This document shows, one piece after another, positions 21,738-31,081 of a stretch of 64,000 nt of DNA. Location: assembly GCA_963796455.1 (NCBI GenBank), contig CAWCLO010000001.1, positions 544,001 to 608,000 on the forward strand, in the 5' to 3' direction. Made by a program: the position numbers and the translations under genes. Positions within the stretch are counted from its first letter, which is position 1. Each line of letters opens with the position of its first letter. The DNA comes from Candidatus Sulfomarinibacteraceae bacterium (lineage in GTDB: Bacteria; Acidobacteriota; Thermoanaerobaculia; Thermoanaerobaculales; Sulfomarinibacteraceae). A model generated the notes under the pieces. It did not search any database and was not told where the DNA came from. It saw only the letters and a list, made by a program, of their open reading frames with translations.

Positions 21738-22166
21738 ATGGCAGCCGAAATCTTCACCGATGACTGGGCACAGCTCTGGAACGACAGCATCAACTCCAAC
21801 GAGGAGTACAAGAAGGCCGCCACCAAGTGGGAGGGGGCCATCGGCATGGTGATGACCGCCGACGCCGAGATGGGTATCAGCGAAGAACGCATCGTCATCG
21901 CGGACCTGTGGCACGGCGACTGTCGCAATGCCAAGGCCGCCGGCCACTCCGATCTCGAGGACACCCCATACCTGATCAAGGCCAACCCGGCGGCCTGGAA
22001 GAGCGTCCTCGCCGGCAAGACCGACCCCATCGTCGGTCTCATGGGCGGTAAACTCAAGCTCGCAAAGGGCAGCCTCTTTGCCTTACTGCCCTACGCCAAG
22101 GCCGCTAAGGAACTCGTTCAATCGGCGATTTCGGTCGATACGTCCTACCCGGACGGCTGGGACTGA
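21738..22166 (+). CDS. SCP2 sterol/lipid-binding domain protein
   Basis: INSNEEYKKAATKWEG, DLWHGDC, DPIVGLMGGKLKLAKG; GGAGG RBS. Confidence 0.85.
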   Translation: MAAEIFTDDWAQLWNDSINSNEEYKKAATKWEGAIGMVMTADAEMGISEERIVIADLWHGDCRNAKAAGHSDLEDTPYLIKANPAAWKSVLAGKTDPIVGLMGGKLKLAKGSLFALLPYAKAAKELVQSAISVDTSYPDGWD

Positions 22167-22283
22167 ACGATCTGTTTGCCGCGAAGCGGCAAGGCCTAGA
22201 CCTTCAAAAAGCCTGAATTTCAGGAATGTTTCCCACTCGAGAGAATTAATAATCCTCTATCTATCAATGGTTTATGAAATTTA

Positions 22284-22357
22284 TGCCGCAAAGCGGCAAA
22301 AAACCCTTGACACTCATGCCGCAGCGCGTTACATTCTCTCTATGCCGCAAAGCGGCA
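22284..22357 (+). promoter_or_regulatory. sigma70 promoter bracketed by palindromic operators
   Basis: TTGACA(22307)-17 bp-TACATT(22330); TGCCGCAAAGCGGCA at 22284-22298 and 22343-22357. Confidence 0.85.
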
Positions 22358-22412
22358 AAATACTTCGAAACGGCACACGGCTACGACGCCGACTCACGCC
22401 AAGGAGGCAGAA

Positions 22413-22886
22413 ATGACCGCAAAAAAGAAAAGCAATGTGATCAAAGACGACATCATGGATTCGGCCCACAAGGTGTGGCTCGCCGGTCTCGGCGCTGTCG
22501 CCATGGCTGAGCAAGAGGGCGGCAAGTTCTTCTCCAACCTCGTAAAAAAGGGTGAGAAGCTCGAGGACAAAAGCAAGGACAAAGTTGAAGACAAGGTCGA
22601 GCAGGCGAAGGGCACCGTGTTGGGTATGAAGACCGTCGCGGAGAGCTATTGGGAAACCTTTGGCCGAACCATCGACGACCAGGTCACTGCGGTGATCCAC
22701 CGCATCGGCGTACCGACAAAGGACGAGATCAGCACCCTGACCAAAAAGGTCGAGGAGCTCACCGTTGCCGTCGACAAACTCCGCACCAAGGGGGCCACCA
22801 AGCCACCCGCCGCCGCGAAAAAGCCCGCCGCGAAAAAAGCACCCGCCAAGAAGGCACCCGCCAAGACAGCGCCGGTAGCGAAATAA
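22413..22886 (+). CDS. phasin family (PhaF/PhaI-like) granule-associated protein with AAKK tail
   Basis: SAHKVWLAGLGA, EGGKFFSNLVKKGE, RIGVPTKDEI, C-terminal AAKKPAAKKAPAKK. Confidence 0.9.
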   Translation: MTAKKKSNVIKDDIMDSAHKVWLAGLGAVAMAEQEGGKFFSNLVKKGEKLEDKSKDKVEDKVEQAKGTVLGMKTVAESYWETFGRTIDDQVTAVIHRIGVPTKDEISTLTKKVEELTVAVDKLRTKGATKPPAAAKKPAAKKAPAKKAPAKTAPVAK

Positions 22887-22910
22887 GCGCGAACCAAATA
22901 CAACCACCAC

Positions 22911-22940
22911 AACGGCGCCGCGAATGCGGCGCCGTTTTTT
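22911..22940 (+). terminator. intrinsic terminator
   Basis: AACGGCGCCGC-GAAT-GCGGCGCCGTT followed by a T run. Confidence 0.85.
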
Positions 22941-22962
22941 CCTGCCTGCAGGTTGCACGACA

Positions 22963-23232
22963 CGGGGAAACCGCAGATCACGCAGATGACCGCAGATACC
23001 GGAACCGTAGCTTGAACGAAGGACCGGAGATCGACTCTCAAACGGTCATTGTCGATGTGGAACCGCGAAGACGCGAAGTCCGCAACGATTTCTTACAAAC
23101 CGGAATCGAAAAACTTTGCGTCTTTGCGTTTTCAACCCCTGCAAGCAAGAAGGCGGTTTCCGATTCACCGATACCGTTCAATTGACGGCCCGACAATCTG
23201 CGCCCATCTGCGTTATCTGCAGTTGTGAGATG
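22963..23232 (-). repeat. ~270-bp MITE-like unit, copy B (inverted relative to A)
   Basis: Its reverse complement aligns end to end with 21274-21563. Confidence 0.8.
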
Positions 23233-23331
23233 CGGGCGGGCGGTTCGCCGTCAAGCCTGGACTCCGACCATCCAGGCCTCCCCGACGTAGATTTCGTTGC
23301 GATCCCGTAAGCAGTCGGATACGCTCGATTG

Positions 23332-24048
23332 ATGAGTGAACGAATTGCTGTCGTCGAAGACGAAGAGAACATCCGCGACAACGTGGCCTTTGCCCTCGAG
23401 CGCGAGGGCTACCGGGTGGAGACGTACGGCGACGGAGCGGCAGCGTGGGAGGCCTTTCAGCAGGATCTTCCCGAACTCCTGATCCTCGACATCATCATGC
23501 CCCGACTGGATGGCCTCGAGCTCTGTCGAAAAGTCCGGACGATCTCGGAGAATGTGCCGATCATTTTTCTGACCTCACGGGACGAAGAATTTGATCGGGT
23601 GCTGGGGCTCGAACTCGGTGCCGATGACTATCTCTGCAAACCGTTTTCGATGCGGGAACTTCTGGCTCGAATCAAAGTCCTTTTTCGCCGGATCGCTCTC
23701 GGTAGGGTAGCTGCCGCCGGGCCCGAAGAGGAGCTTCTGCGAATTGGACGCCTCGAACTCGATCTCCGGCGTTATACCGCACGCTGGAACGAAACCACAG
23801 TCGCCTTGACGGTGACCGAATTCATGATCCTGCACGCCCTGGTGCGCCGTCCGGGCCACGTCAAGACCCGAGAGCAGCTGATGAACGAGGGCTACCCTCA
23901 CGACACCTATGTGTCGGACCGGACGATCGACTCGCACATCAAGCGTATCCGAAAGAAGTTCGCCGAGATCGATCAAAACTTCGACGGAGTGGAAACGGTG
24001 TATGGGCTCGGATACCGATACACCGAGGACTCAAACCCGGGTTCATGA
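23332..24048 (+). CDS. OmpR-family response regulator, ChvI-like
   Basis: VVEDE, LDIIMP, GADDYLCKPFS, SDRTIDSHIKRIRKKF, ETVYGLGY. Confidence 0.93.
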   Translation: MSERIAVVEDEENIRDNVAFALEREGYRVETYGDGAAAWEAFQQDLPELLILDIIMPRLDGLELCRKVRTISENVPIIFLTSRDEEFDRVLGLELGADDYLCKPFSMRELLARIKVLFRRIALGRVAAAGPEEELLRIGRLELDLRRYTARWNETTVALTVTEFMILHALVRRPGHVKTREQLMNEGYPHDTYVSDRTIDSHIKRIRKKFAEIDQNFDGVETVYGLGYRYTEDSNPGS

Positions 24049-25607
24049 AGCTCAAACTTCCGTCCCGAATTTCCCTTCGTCTGCTCGCATTCAACGTTTT
24101 ATTGGTCTTTCTCCCGGTCGGAGGCGTGCTCTTTCTCGACACCTATGAACGCCACCTGCTGTCAGCCCAGGAACGCACCATGGCCCAGGAGGGACGGCTG
24201 CTCGCCGCGGCGATCGAAGCGCGCGACCAACTCGATCGAGATGACGCCCAACGAATCCTCATCCAACTGGATCAACGGCAACTGGCTCGGCTGCGGGTGG
24301 TCAATTCCAATGGCGTGGTGATCGCCGACTCCGCGCTGCTCGGCCCCAGACTCGAACCCGGGGATGAACTCGGTACAAATGCTTCGCCGGCATCGGTCAG
24401 CGAACGAAGCTTTCTCTACCGCCTCGGTTCCCTCCCATTCAGGCTTTTTCGCGGCCGGACCGACGACTCCACTGCGGACGATGAAACCGACTCCTCAGGA
24501 GATCTCCTGCAACGGTCCGAGATCCTCAACGCCCTCGAGGGCAGGTATGGTGCGGCCACCCGCATCAATCCCGGACCACGACGATCGGTGACGCTCCACA
24601 TCGCCATTCCGGTGCGCGTCGAAGGCGCGGTCGAGGGTGCCGTATTGGTTTCTCAATCGACCGGCCGTATTCTGCTGGCACTGGATGCCGTCCGTCTCGA
24701 CGTCTTCAAAGTCTTTCTCCTCAGCCTCGGCGCCGCGGTCATCTTGAGTCTGATTGCAGCAACGACGATCGCCCGTCCTCTCGCCAACCTGAGGCGTCGC
24801 GCCGGGGCCATCCTCGATCGAAGGGGGCGCCTGCGCGGTTCATTCACCACCAGCGTCAGGCGCGACGAGATCGGCGATCTGGAACGGGCACTGGCCGAGC
24901 TGACGCGACAACTCCAGGTGCACGTCCGATCGACCGAGGCCTTCGCCGCCGATGTCTCGCACGAATTCAAAAACCCTCTCGCCTCAATCCGAACTGCAAC
25001 CGACATGGCACTGGAGGATGTGGAACCCGGACAGCGCCGCCGCTTTCTCGAGATGATCCAAAAAGACGTGGCCCGCATGGAGCGGCTGCTCAACGAGGCC
25101 CGCGAGATTTCTCGGATCGATGCACACCTGGACGACGAAGAGACTGATGAGGTGATTCTCGACGAACTTCTGCCGGCGCTCGTCGAGAGCTTCCGGCTGC
25201 GAACAGCCGACGCGGATCTTCACTTCGACCTCGCGGTGGCCGACGCCGATATCGTGATCGATGCCTCGGCCGATCGACTGACCCAGGTCTTCGAGAATCT
25301 CATTGACAATGCCGTCAGCTTCTCTCCCCCGGGAGGGAGGGTCACGATCTCGCTGAACAGCAGCGGCAAAACAGCCGAAGTCACCATCGCCGATCAGGGA
25401 CCGGGGGTCCCGGATGAGCACCTGGATCGGATATTCAACCGTTTCTTCAGTTATCGCCCGGATGATGCCTCGAGATCCGGCCACACCGGCCTCGGTCTGG
25501 CTCTGGTCCGGGCGATCGTGGAGTCCTACGGAGGATCGGTATCGGTCGAGCCCAGGGGCGGCGGCGGGACAAAAATGGTGGTACTCCTGCCGACCGTCAA
25601 TTCCTGA
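24045..25607 (+). CDS. sensor histidine kinase, ChvG-like
   Basis: Two TM segments, HAMP RRDEIGDL, H-box ADVSHEFKNPLASI, NLIDNA, DQGPG, GLGL. Confidence 0.93.
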   Translation: MKLKLPSRISLRLLAFNVLLVFLPVGGVLFLDTYERHLLSAQERTMAQEGRLLAAAIEARDQLDRDDAQRILIQLDQRQLARLRVVNSNGVVIADSALLGPRLEPGDELGTNASPASVSERSFLYRLGSLPFRLFRGRTDDSTADDETDSSGDLLQRSEILNALEGRYGAATRINPGPRRSVTLHIAIPVRVEGAVEGAVLVSQSTGRILLALDAVRLDVFKVFLLSLGAAVILSLIAATTIARPLANLRRRAGAILDRRGRLRGSFTTSVRRDEIGDLERALAELTRQLQVHVRSTEAFAADVSHEFKNPLASIRTATDMALEDVEPGQRRRFLEMIQKDVARMERLLNEAREISRIDAHLDDEETDEVILDELLPALVESFRLRTADADLHFDLAVADADIVIDASADRLTQVFENLIDNAVSFSPPGGRVTISLNSSGKTAEVTIADQGPGVPDEHLDRIFNRFFSYRPDDASRSGHTGLGLALVRAIVESYGGSVSVEPRGGGGTKMVVLLPTVNS

Positions 25608-25858
25608 AGACGCCCTGGTCAGCGGTGCACCGACTGCCTTTGGAAACTGCTGAACAGCCTCCCCGACGGCGACCCGGCGACCACAGCCAATGAGCTTGTG
25701 AAGATTTTTGCAAGAAGTCTTTAACTCGGTTAATGAAAGTGGTAGCATCCTGCGACGGTAATTGTCGGAAAGGGCTCCTCCCCAAACGACACACCTCAAT
25801 TTTGGAGCGTGGCCGCGGGCCACATAGGGTCCGGCCACGGAGGAAGGGACGGACGCCT

Positions 25859-27028
25859 ATGATCGTCGGAATCGTCAAGGAGAGCTTCCCGGACGAAGCC
25901 CGAGTCGCGATGGTTCCCGCTCTCGTACCCCAGCTGGCGAAGGCCGGTATGGATGTGGTCATCGAGAGTGGAGCCGGCACCGAAGCAGGTTTTTTGGACG
26001 AGGAGTACAGCGCCAAGGGAGCCACCGTGCTCGCTTCGCGCGCTGAAGTTTTTCAAAAGGCCGATCTGATTGCACAGGTACGGGCACTTGGGGCCAACCC
26101 GGAAGCGGGAAAGGCGGATCTCGAACTGATCCGCGACGGTCAAACGATCGTCGGGACCTGCGAGCCCCTCACGGAGCACGCATCGAACACGGCGATCGCG
26201 GAAAAGGGCGCAACTCTGTTCTCGATGGAGATGATGCCCCGCATCACCCGCGCCCAGAGCATGGACGTGCTGTCGTCGATGGCCACCATCGCCGGCTACA
26301 AGGCAGTGCTGCTCGCCGCCAACGCCCTACCGAAGATGTTCCCGATGATGATGACCGCCGCCGGCACCCTCGCACCGGCCAGGGTCTTTGTGGTCGGCGC
26401 GGGCGTCGCCGGTTTGCAGGCCATTGCCTCGGCCAAAAAACTCGGCGCCATCGTCGAGGCCTACGACGTGCGACCCGCCGTCAAGGAACAGGTCGAGAGC
26501 CTCGGCGGAAAGTTCGTCGAATTCGAACTCGAGACCGACACCGCTGAAGATGCGGGCGGCTATGCCAAAGAACTCGGTGAAGATTTCTATAAAAAACAAC
26601 GAGAGATGATGCTCGCGGTCGTGGCGGCAAGTGATGTCGTCATAACCACCGCGGCCATCCCCGGTAAAAAGGCGCCGATCCTCGTGACCACCGAAATGGT
26701 CGAAGGAATGCACCCGGGTTCGGTGATCGTCGATCTCGCCGCCGAACGCGGCGGCAACTGCGAACTCACCAAGGCCGGCGAGGACGTCGTGGTCGGTGGG
26801 GTCAAGATCATCGGCCCCATCAACATCCCGACGGCCATCCCGTACCACGCCAGCCAGATGTACGCCAAGAACGTGGCGACCTTCCTGCTCCACCTTGTCG
26901 AAGACGGCAAGCTCAAAATGGATATGGAAGACGAAATCACGGTCGGCACCCTGATCACCAAGGGTGGAAAGATCGTCCACGAGAGAGTCCTCGAGGCCGC
27001 GGGCGCCTCGAGCGAAGGGGGCGAATAA
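25859..27028 (+). CDS. pntAA: NAD(P) transhydrogenase subunit alpha part 1
   Basis: RITRAQSMDVLSS, GAGVAGLQA, TTAAIPG, DLAAERGGNCE. Confidence 0.96.
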   Translation: MIVGIVKESFPDEARVAMVPALVPQLAKAGMDVVIESGAGTEAGFLDEEYSAKGATVLASRAEVFQKADLIAQVRALGANPEAGKADLELIRDGQTIVGTCEPLTEHASNTAIAEKGATLFSMEMMPRITRAQSMDVLSSMATIAGYKAVLLAANALPKMFPMMMTAAGTLAPARVFVVGAGVAGLQAIASAKKLGAIVEAYDVRPAVKEQVESLGGKFVEFELETDTAEDAGGYAKELGEDFYKKQREMMLAVVAASDVVITTAAIPGKKAPILVTTEMVEGMHPGSVIVDLAAERGGNCELTKAGEDVVVGGVKIIGPINIPTAIPYHASQMYAKNVATFLLHLVEDGKLKMDMEDEITVGTLITKGGKIVHERVLEAAGASSEGGE

Positions 27029-27029
27029 C

Positions 27030-27323
27030 ATGAGTGGCCTGGTCATGCTCATTACGGTCTTCGTGCTGGCGGTTTTCGTCGGCTTTGAAATCATCACCAA
27101 AGTGCCGCCGACGCTGCACACCCCGTTGATGTCGGGTTCGAACGCAATCTCCGGCATCACGATCATCGGCGCTCTGATCCTGGCTGGAGTATTGGACGAT
27201 CAAGCCGGATTCAGTCAAATCGGGAAATATATGGCCTTCCTGGCCGTGATATTCGCATCCATCAATGTGGTTGGCGGGTTTTTGGTGACCGGCCGCATGT
27301 TGAAGATGTTCCAACGGAAGTAG
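27030..27323 (+). CDS. pntAB: NAD(P) transhydrogenase subunit alpha part 2
   Basis: VPPTLHTPLMSGSNAISG, NVVGGFLVTGRMLKMF. Confidence 0.96.
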   Translation: MSGLVMLITVFVLAVFVGFEIITKVPPTLHTPLMSGSNAISGITIIGALILAGVLDDQAGFSQIGKYMAFLAVIFASINVVGGFLVTGRMLKMFQRK

Positions 27324-27336
27324 GCGGGGGATTGAC

Positions 27337-28890
27337 ATGGTAGATCAAAACATCGTCAACATCGTCTATCTCATTGCAGCGATCTTCTTTATCCTCGACC
27401 TGAAGATGCTCGCCCACCCGCGAACTGCGGTGCGCGGCAACCAACTCGGCGCTTTCGGCATGGTGCTGGCTATCATCGCCACCCTGGCCAGCGGCACCTG
27501 GGACTGGACCTACATCATTCTCGGCATCGGCATCGGCTCCTTCATCGGGGCGGTGGCGGCGCTCAGGGTGAAAATGACATCGATGCCGGAACTCGTCGGT
27601 CTGTTCAACGGTTTCGGCGGCATCGCTTCTGTTCTCGTCGCCGGTTCGGCCCTGGTGGCGACCTTTAACGCCGTTGGCGCGGGCCTCCCCGATAACAGTA
27701 TGCAGATGAAGGTTGCCACCGTCTTGTCGGGCCTCATCGGTTCGGTCACCTTCTTCGGGTCGTACGTGGCCTTCGGCAAGTTGGCCGAGTTCCTGTGCGT
27801 CAAGTGGAAGCTCCATACATGGCAGAAGATCGTCAAGTACGGCTTCTCGCTGGCCGTCGCCGCCACAGGTGTCTGGTACGGCTTCACCATGGAATTCATC
27901 CCGCTGTCCATCGTCGTCATGGTGTCGGCGCTGCTGATCGGCGGTCTGTTGCTTCCCAAGAAAGACCGATTCCCCGGGATGGACATCCTCAAGGGGTTGT
28001 CGGCTATTGCCTCGGTCGCACTTGGCGTGATGTTGGTTCTCGATCCATCGAACACCCCCCTCTTCTGGGCGCTAGTGGCGGTTGCCGGCGTACTTGGAGT
28101 CATCCTGACGCTGTCGATCGGCGGCGCCGACATGCCGGTCGTCATCGCGCTCCTGAATTCCTATTCGGGTCTCGCCGCCGCAGCTACCGGCTTTGTCATC
28201 AGCAACACCGTGTTGATCATCGCCGGTGCGCTGGTTGGGGCCTCGGGTCTCATTCTGACCAAGATCATGTGCAAGGCCATGAACCGCTCCCTGACCAATG
28301 TGCTCTTCGGCACCATGGGCCCCACCGCCGACACGCCCGACGCGGACGAGGTCTACAAGACCGTCAAGGCAGCATCGGCGGACGAGGTTGCCATGACCCT
28401 CGAAGTGGCGCAGAAGGTCCTCATCGTTCCCGGTTACGGTATGGCGGTGGCACAGGCGCAGCACGCGGTGCGCGACATCGCGACCTTCCTCGAGGACAAG
28501 GGCATCGAGGTCGAGTACGGAATCCACCCGGTGGCAGGCCGCATGCCAGGCCACATGAATGTGCTGCTGGCCGAGGCCGACGTGGCCTACGACAAGCTCA
28601 AGGAGATGGACGAAGTCAACGCGACCATGGAACAGGTCGACGTGGTCATCGTTCTCGGAGCCAACGATGTGGTCAACCCGGTCGCCCGGACCGACCCCGG
28701 CAGTCCGATCGCGGGCATGCCCATCATCGATGTCGACAAGGCGCGAACTGTTGTCGTCGTCAAACGCAGCCTGAGCCCGGGTTTCGCCGGAATCCCCAAT
28801 CCCCTCTTCGCCGCCGACAACACGCTGATGTTTTTCTCCGACGGCAAGAAAGCGATGCTCGAGCTATTGGCGGCGCTCAAAGACACTTAG
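27337..28890 (+). CDS. pntB: NAD(P) transhydrogenase subunit beta
   Basis: MTSMPELV, IGGADMPVVIALLNSYSG, PGYGMAVAQAQH, HPVAGRMPGHMNVLLAE, GANDVVNP. Confidence 0.97.
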   Translation: MVDQNIVNIVYLIAAIFFILDLKMLAHPRTAVRGNQLGAFGMVLAIIATLASGTWDWTYIILGIGIGSFIGAVAALRVKMTSMPELVGLFNGFGGIASVLVAGSALVATFNAVGAGLPDNSMQMKVATVLSGLIGSVTFFGSYVAFGKLAEFLCVKWKLHTWQKIVKYGFSLAVAATGVWYGFTMEFIPLSIVVMVSALLIGGLLLPKKDRFPGMDILKGLSAIASVALGVMLVLDPSNTPLFWALVAVAGVLGVILTLSIGGADMPVVIALLNSYSGLAAAATGFVISNTVLIIAGALVGASGLILTKIMCKAMNRSLTNVLFGTMGPTADTPDADEVYKTVKAASADEVAMTLEVAQKVLIVPGYGMAVAQAQHAVRDIATFLEDKGIEVEYGIHPVAGRMPGHMNVLLAEADVAYDKLKEMDEVNATMEQVDVVIVLGANDVVNPVARTDPGSPIAGMPIIDVDKARTVVVVKRSLSPGFAGIPNPLFAADNTLMFFSDGKKAMLELLAALKDT

Positions 28891-28912
28891 AGCCGCCGTT
28901 CACCAAAAAATG

Positions 28913-28942
28913 AACCGCCCGCCAATTGGCGGGCGGTTTTTT
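28913..28942 (+). terminator. intrinsic terminator
   Basis: AACCGCCCGCCAATTGGCGGGCGGTT followed by T run. Confidence 0.85.
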
Positions 28943-28977
28943 GTCCCAGATCGTTCGGCATCGGTAGAATCTCTTCT

Positions 28978-30936
28978 ATGCTCCGTGCCATCCTCGTCGT
29001 TTTCTGCAGCATCCTGCTCCTCCAGTCTTCGCTGGTCGAGGCGAAGGAACGAGTTGTTGTCGTAATCGATGTCTCTGCCGAGATGTGGCACACGCTCGAC
29101 CAGGCGACGCCGAGAATCGTGGCGTTCCGATCGGCCTTCGATGCATTTCTCGACTCACCCGATCTCCACCGTCATGACATCGAAATCGGCCTCAGGACAA
29201 TGGGCGGGAATCGCAACCTGATCGATGACGGAGTCTGTGACGACACCGAGATGCGGATTGCCGTCGGAGAGATCGACCCCAATGTTTGGCGGGTCACCCT
29301 CGATCAGTTCGAACCTGCAGGCAAACGGCCCCTTGCTGAAGCCATTGTGGCCGCCGCAGCCGAGTTGAGGGCGGCCGGCGGAGGGCTGATCGTCGTTGTG
29401 ACATCCGGGGCCGACACCTGCGACGGCGACATCCCGTCGGCGCTGGAATTTGCTGCCGCCATCGAACCGAAAATCGATGCAAAGATCATCGGTCTAGCTC
29501 TCGATCAGGAAGCGGCAACCTCGGCGGCACAGCTGGTGCCGACCAAGAACGTGTCCGATCCGTTGCAGCTCTACCAGGCACTCGAGTGGGCAGTCCTGCC
29601 AAACGAGCCAAAGGCACCCAAGGCCCCGTTGACCGAATTCTTATTTTCACGTGGTGGGATACCGATCGACGACTCCCGCGTATCATTCCGACGCTATCTT
29701 GGACAGGAGATCACGACGACCACCCTGACGGGCGACCGTATGCGCCTCCGGATCGAGCCCGGCAGATACCATGCCACGATCGGCAATGACCTTCAGCCTC
29801 AGATCGAGATCACAGGGATTTCCGTCGAGCCGGCTGGTGGGCTGATCGAGATCGATCTCCCGGCCGCCCCCGCTGCAACTCTCGCAGTCAACCCCGACGA
29901 GCCGTTGGACGGCGAAACGATTTACGTCGAGTTCTGGGGCGCACCCACCGTCAACAGCTGGATTGCCGTTGCCGTGTCCGGGGCCCCTGCCAACGAATAT
30001 CTGACTCGCGTCCCGGTCTCCTCAATCGATGGCGAGGCGGGGTTGCATCTGCCACCCGGAAGCTCGCAGACGCTCGAAGCACGGTTGCTTTCCGACCTCG
30101 GCGGCGGCGTCACCCTGGTCTCCGGACAGGCGCCCTTTAGCGTCCGTACCGCCAGGGCAACCCTCCATGTCCCTGCAACCGCAAAATCCCGTGCGCCGAT
30201 CACCATTGAGTGGAAAGGACCGAGTATCCCGGGAGACCACGTGGTGATCACCCCAAAAGACGACACCATTGTCGGTCACCAAACCTGCGTTCTTGCAACA
30301 GCCGGGGGTGTCGAAATCCGTGCCCCTGTGGTGCCGGGGGTCTACACGGTCCGCTATCTCTCGTCGATGGGTCAGACACGGGCCCGCGCCGATCTCGAGG
30401 TCTTCGAGGTCTTGGCGAGCGTGTCGGGACCGAAGGTCGTCGTGCCCCAGGTCGAAATGGCGGTGGAATGGACCGGACCGGGGCAGAAACAGGATTTTGT
30501 GACCGTGGCACGACTCGATTCTCCACCGGACAAATACATCCATTGGGTGCCGGTCAGCTCCGGAAATCCTGTTCTTCTCCGCGCTCCCTACGCACCCGGA
30601 GATTTTGAGCTTCGATATATCCGAGCGACCGATGGGTTGGTCCTTGCCAGCACGCCGCTCGAGGTGATCATGGAGAGGGTCCTGGTCAGCGTCCCACAGA
30701 AGGTCGAGTCGGGGACCCGTTTTCAGGTCCATTGGACGGGCACACCCGAAAAAAACGACATCATTGCGCTCGCCGAGATCGATTCGGCCCCACATGTCTA
30801 TATCGATTGGTCTTACATGTCCGGCGGCAGCCCGGTGATCCTGGCGGCACCTTTCGAAGCCGGAGAGTACGTCGTGCGATACCTCGGAGGACAGAAGCTC
30901 GAAATACGACATCACAAGAGGATTCGAATTGAATAA
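28978..30936 (+). CDS. secreted VWA-like domain protein with repeated Ig-like modules
   Basis: Signal peptide; VVIDVSAEM, TSGADTC; repeated W-x-GP...AP..PG.Y..RY modules. Confidence 0.75.
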   Translation: MLRAILVVFCSILLLQSSLVEAKERVVVVIDVSAEMWHTLDQATPRIVAFRSAFDAFLDSPDLHRHDIEIGLRTMGGNRNLIDDGVCDDTEMRIAVGEIDPNVWRVTLDQFEPAGKRPLAEAIVAAAAELRAAGGGLIVVVTSGADTCDGDIPSALEFAAAIEPKIDAKIIGLALDQEAATSAAQLVPTKNVSDPLQLYQALEWAVLPNEPKAPKAPLTEFLFSRGGIPIDDSRVSFRRYLGQEITTTTLTGDRMRLRIEPGRYHATIGNDLQPQIEITGISVEPAGGLIEIDLPAAPAATLAVNPDEPLDGETIYVEFWGAPTVNSWIAVAVSGAPANEYLTRVPVSSIDGEAGLHLPPGSSQTLEARLLSDLGGGVTLVSGQAPFSVRTARATLHVPATAKSRAPITIEWKGPSIPGDHVVITPKDDTIVGHQTCVLATAGGVEIRAPVVPGVYTVRYLSSMGQTRARADLEVFEVLASVSGPKVVVPQVEMAVEWTGPGQKQDFVTVARLDSPPDKYIHWVPVSSGNPVLLRAPYAPGDFELRYIRATDGLVLASTPLEVIMERVLVSVPQKVESGTRFQVHWTGTPEKNDIIALAEIDSAPHVYIDWSYMSGGSPVILAAPFEAGEYVVRYLGGQKLEIRHHKRIRIE

Positions 30937-31081
30937 GAAAAACCATGGCTCGAAAATACATCTTGAGTTGTGATGGTTGACCATTGGAGAGGATCTTGCT
31001 TAAGCATTTCGGTGGTAACCGACGTGCTGAGTCGATCGTAGGAACAATGACGAAATTCTGTGACCAATCCGAGGAGCATTC

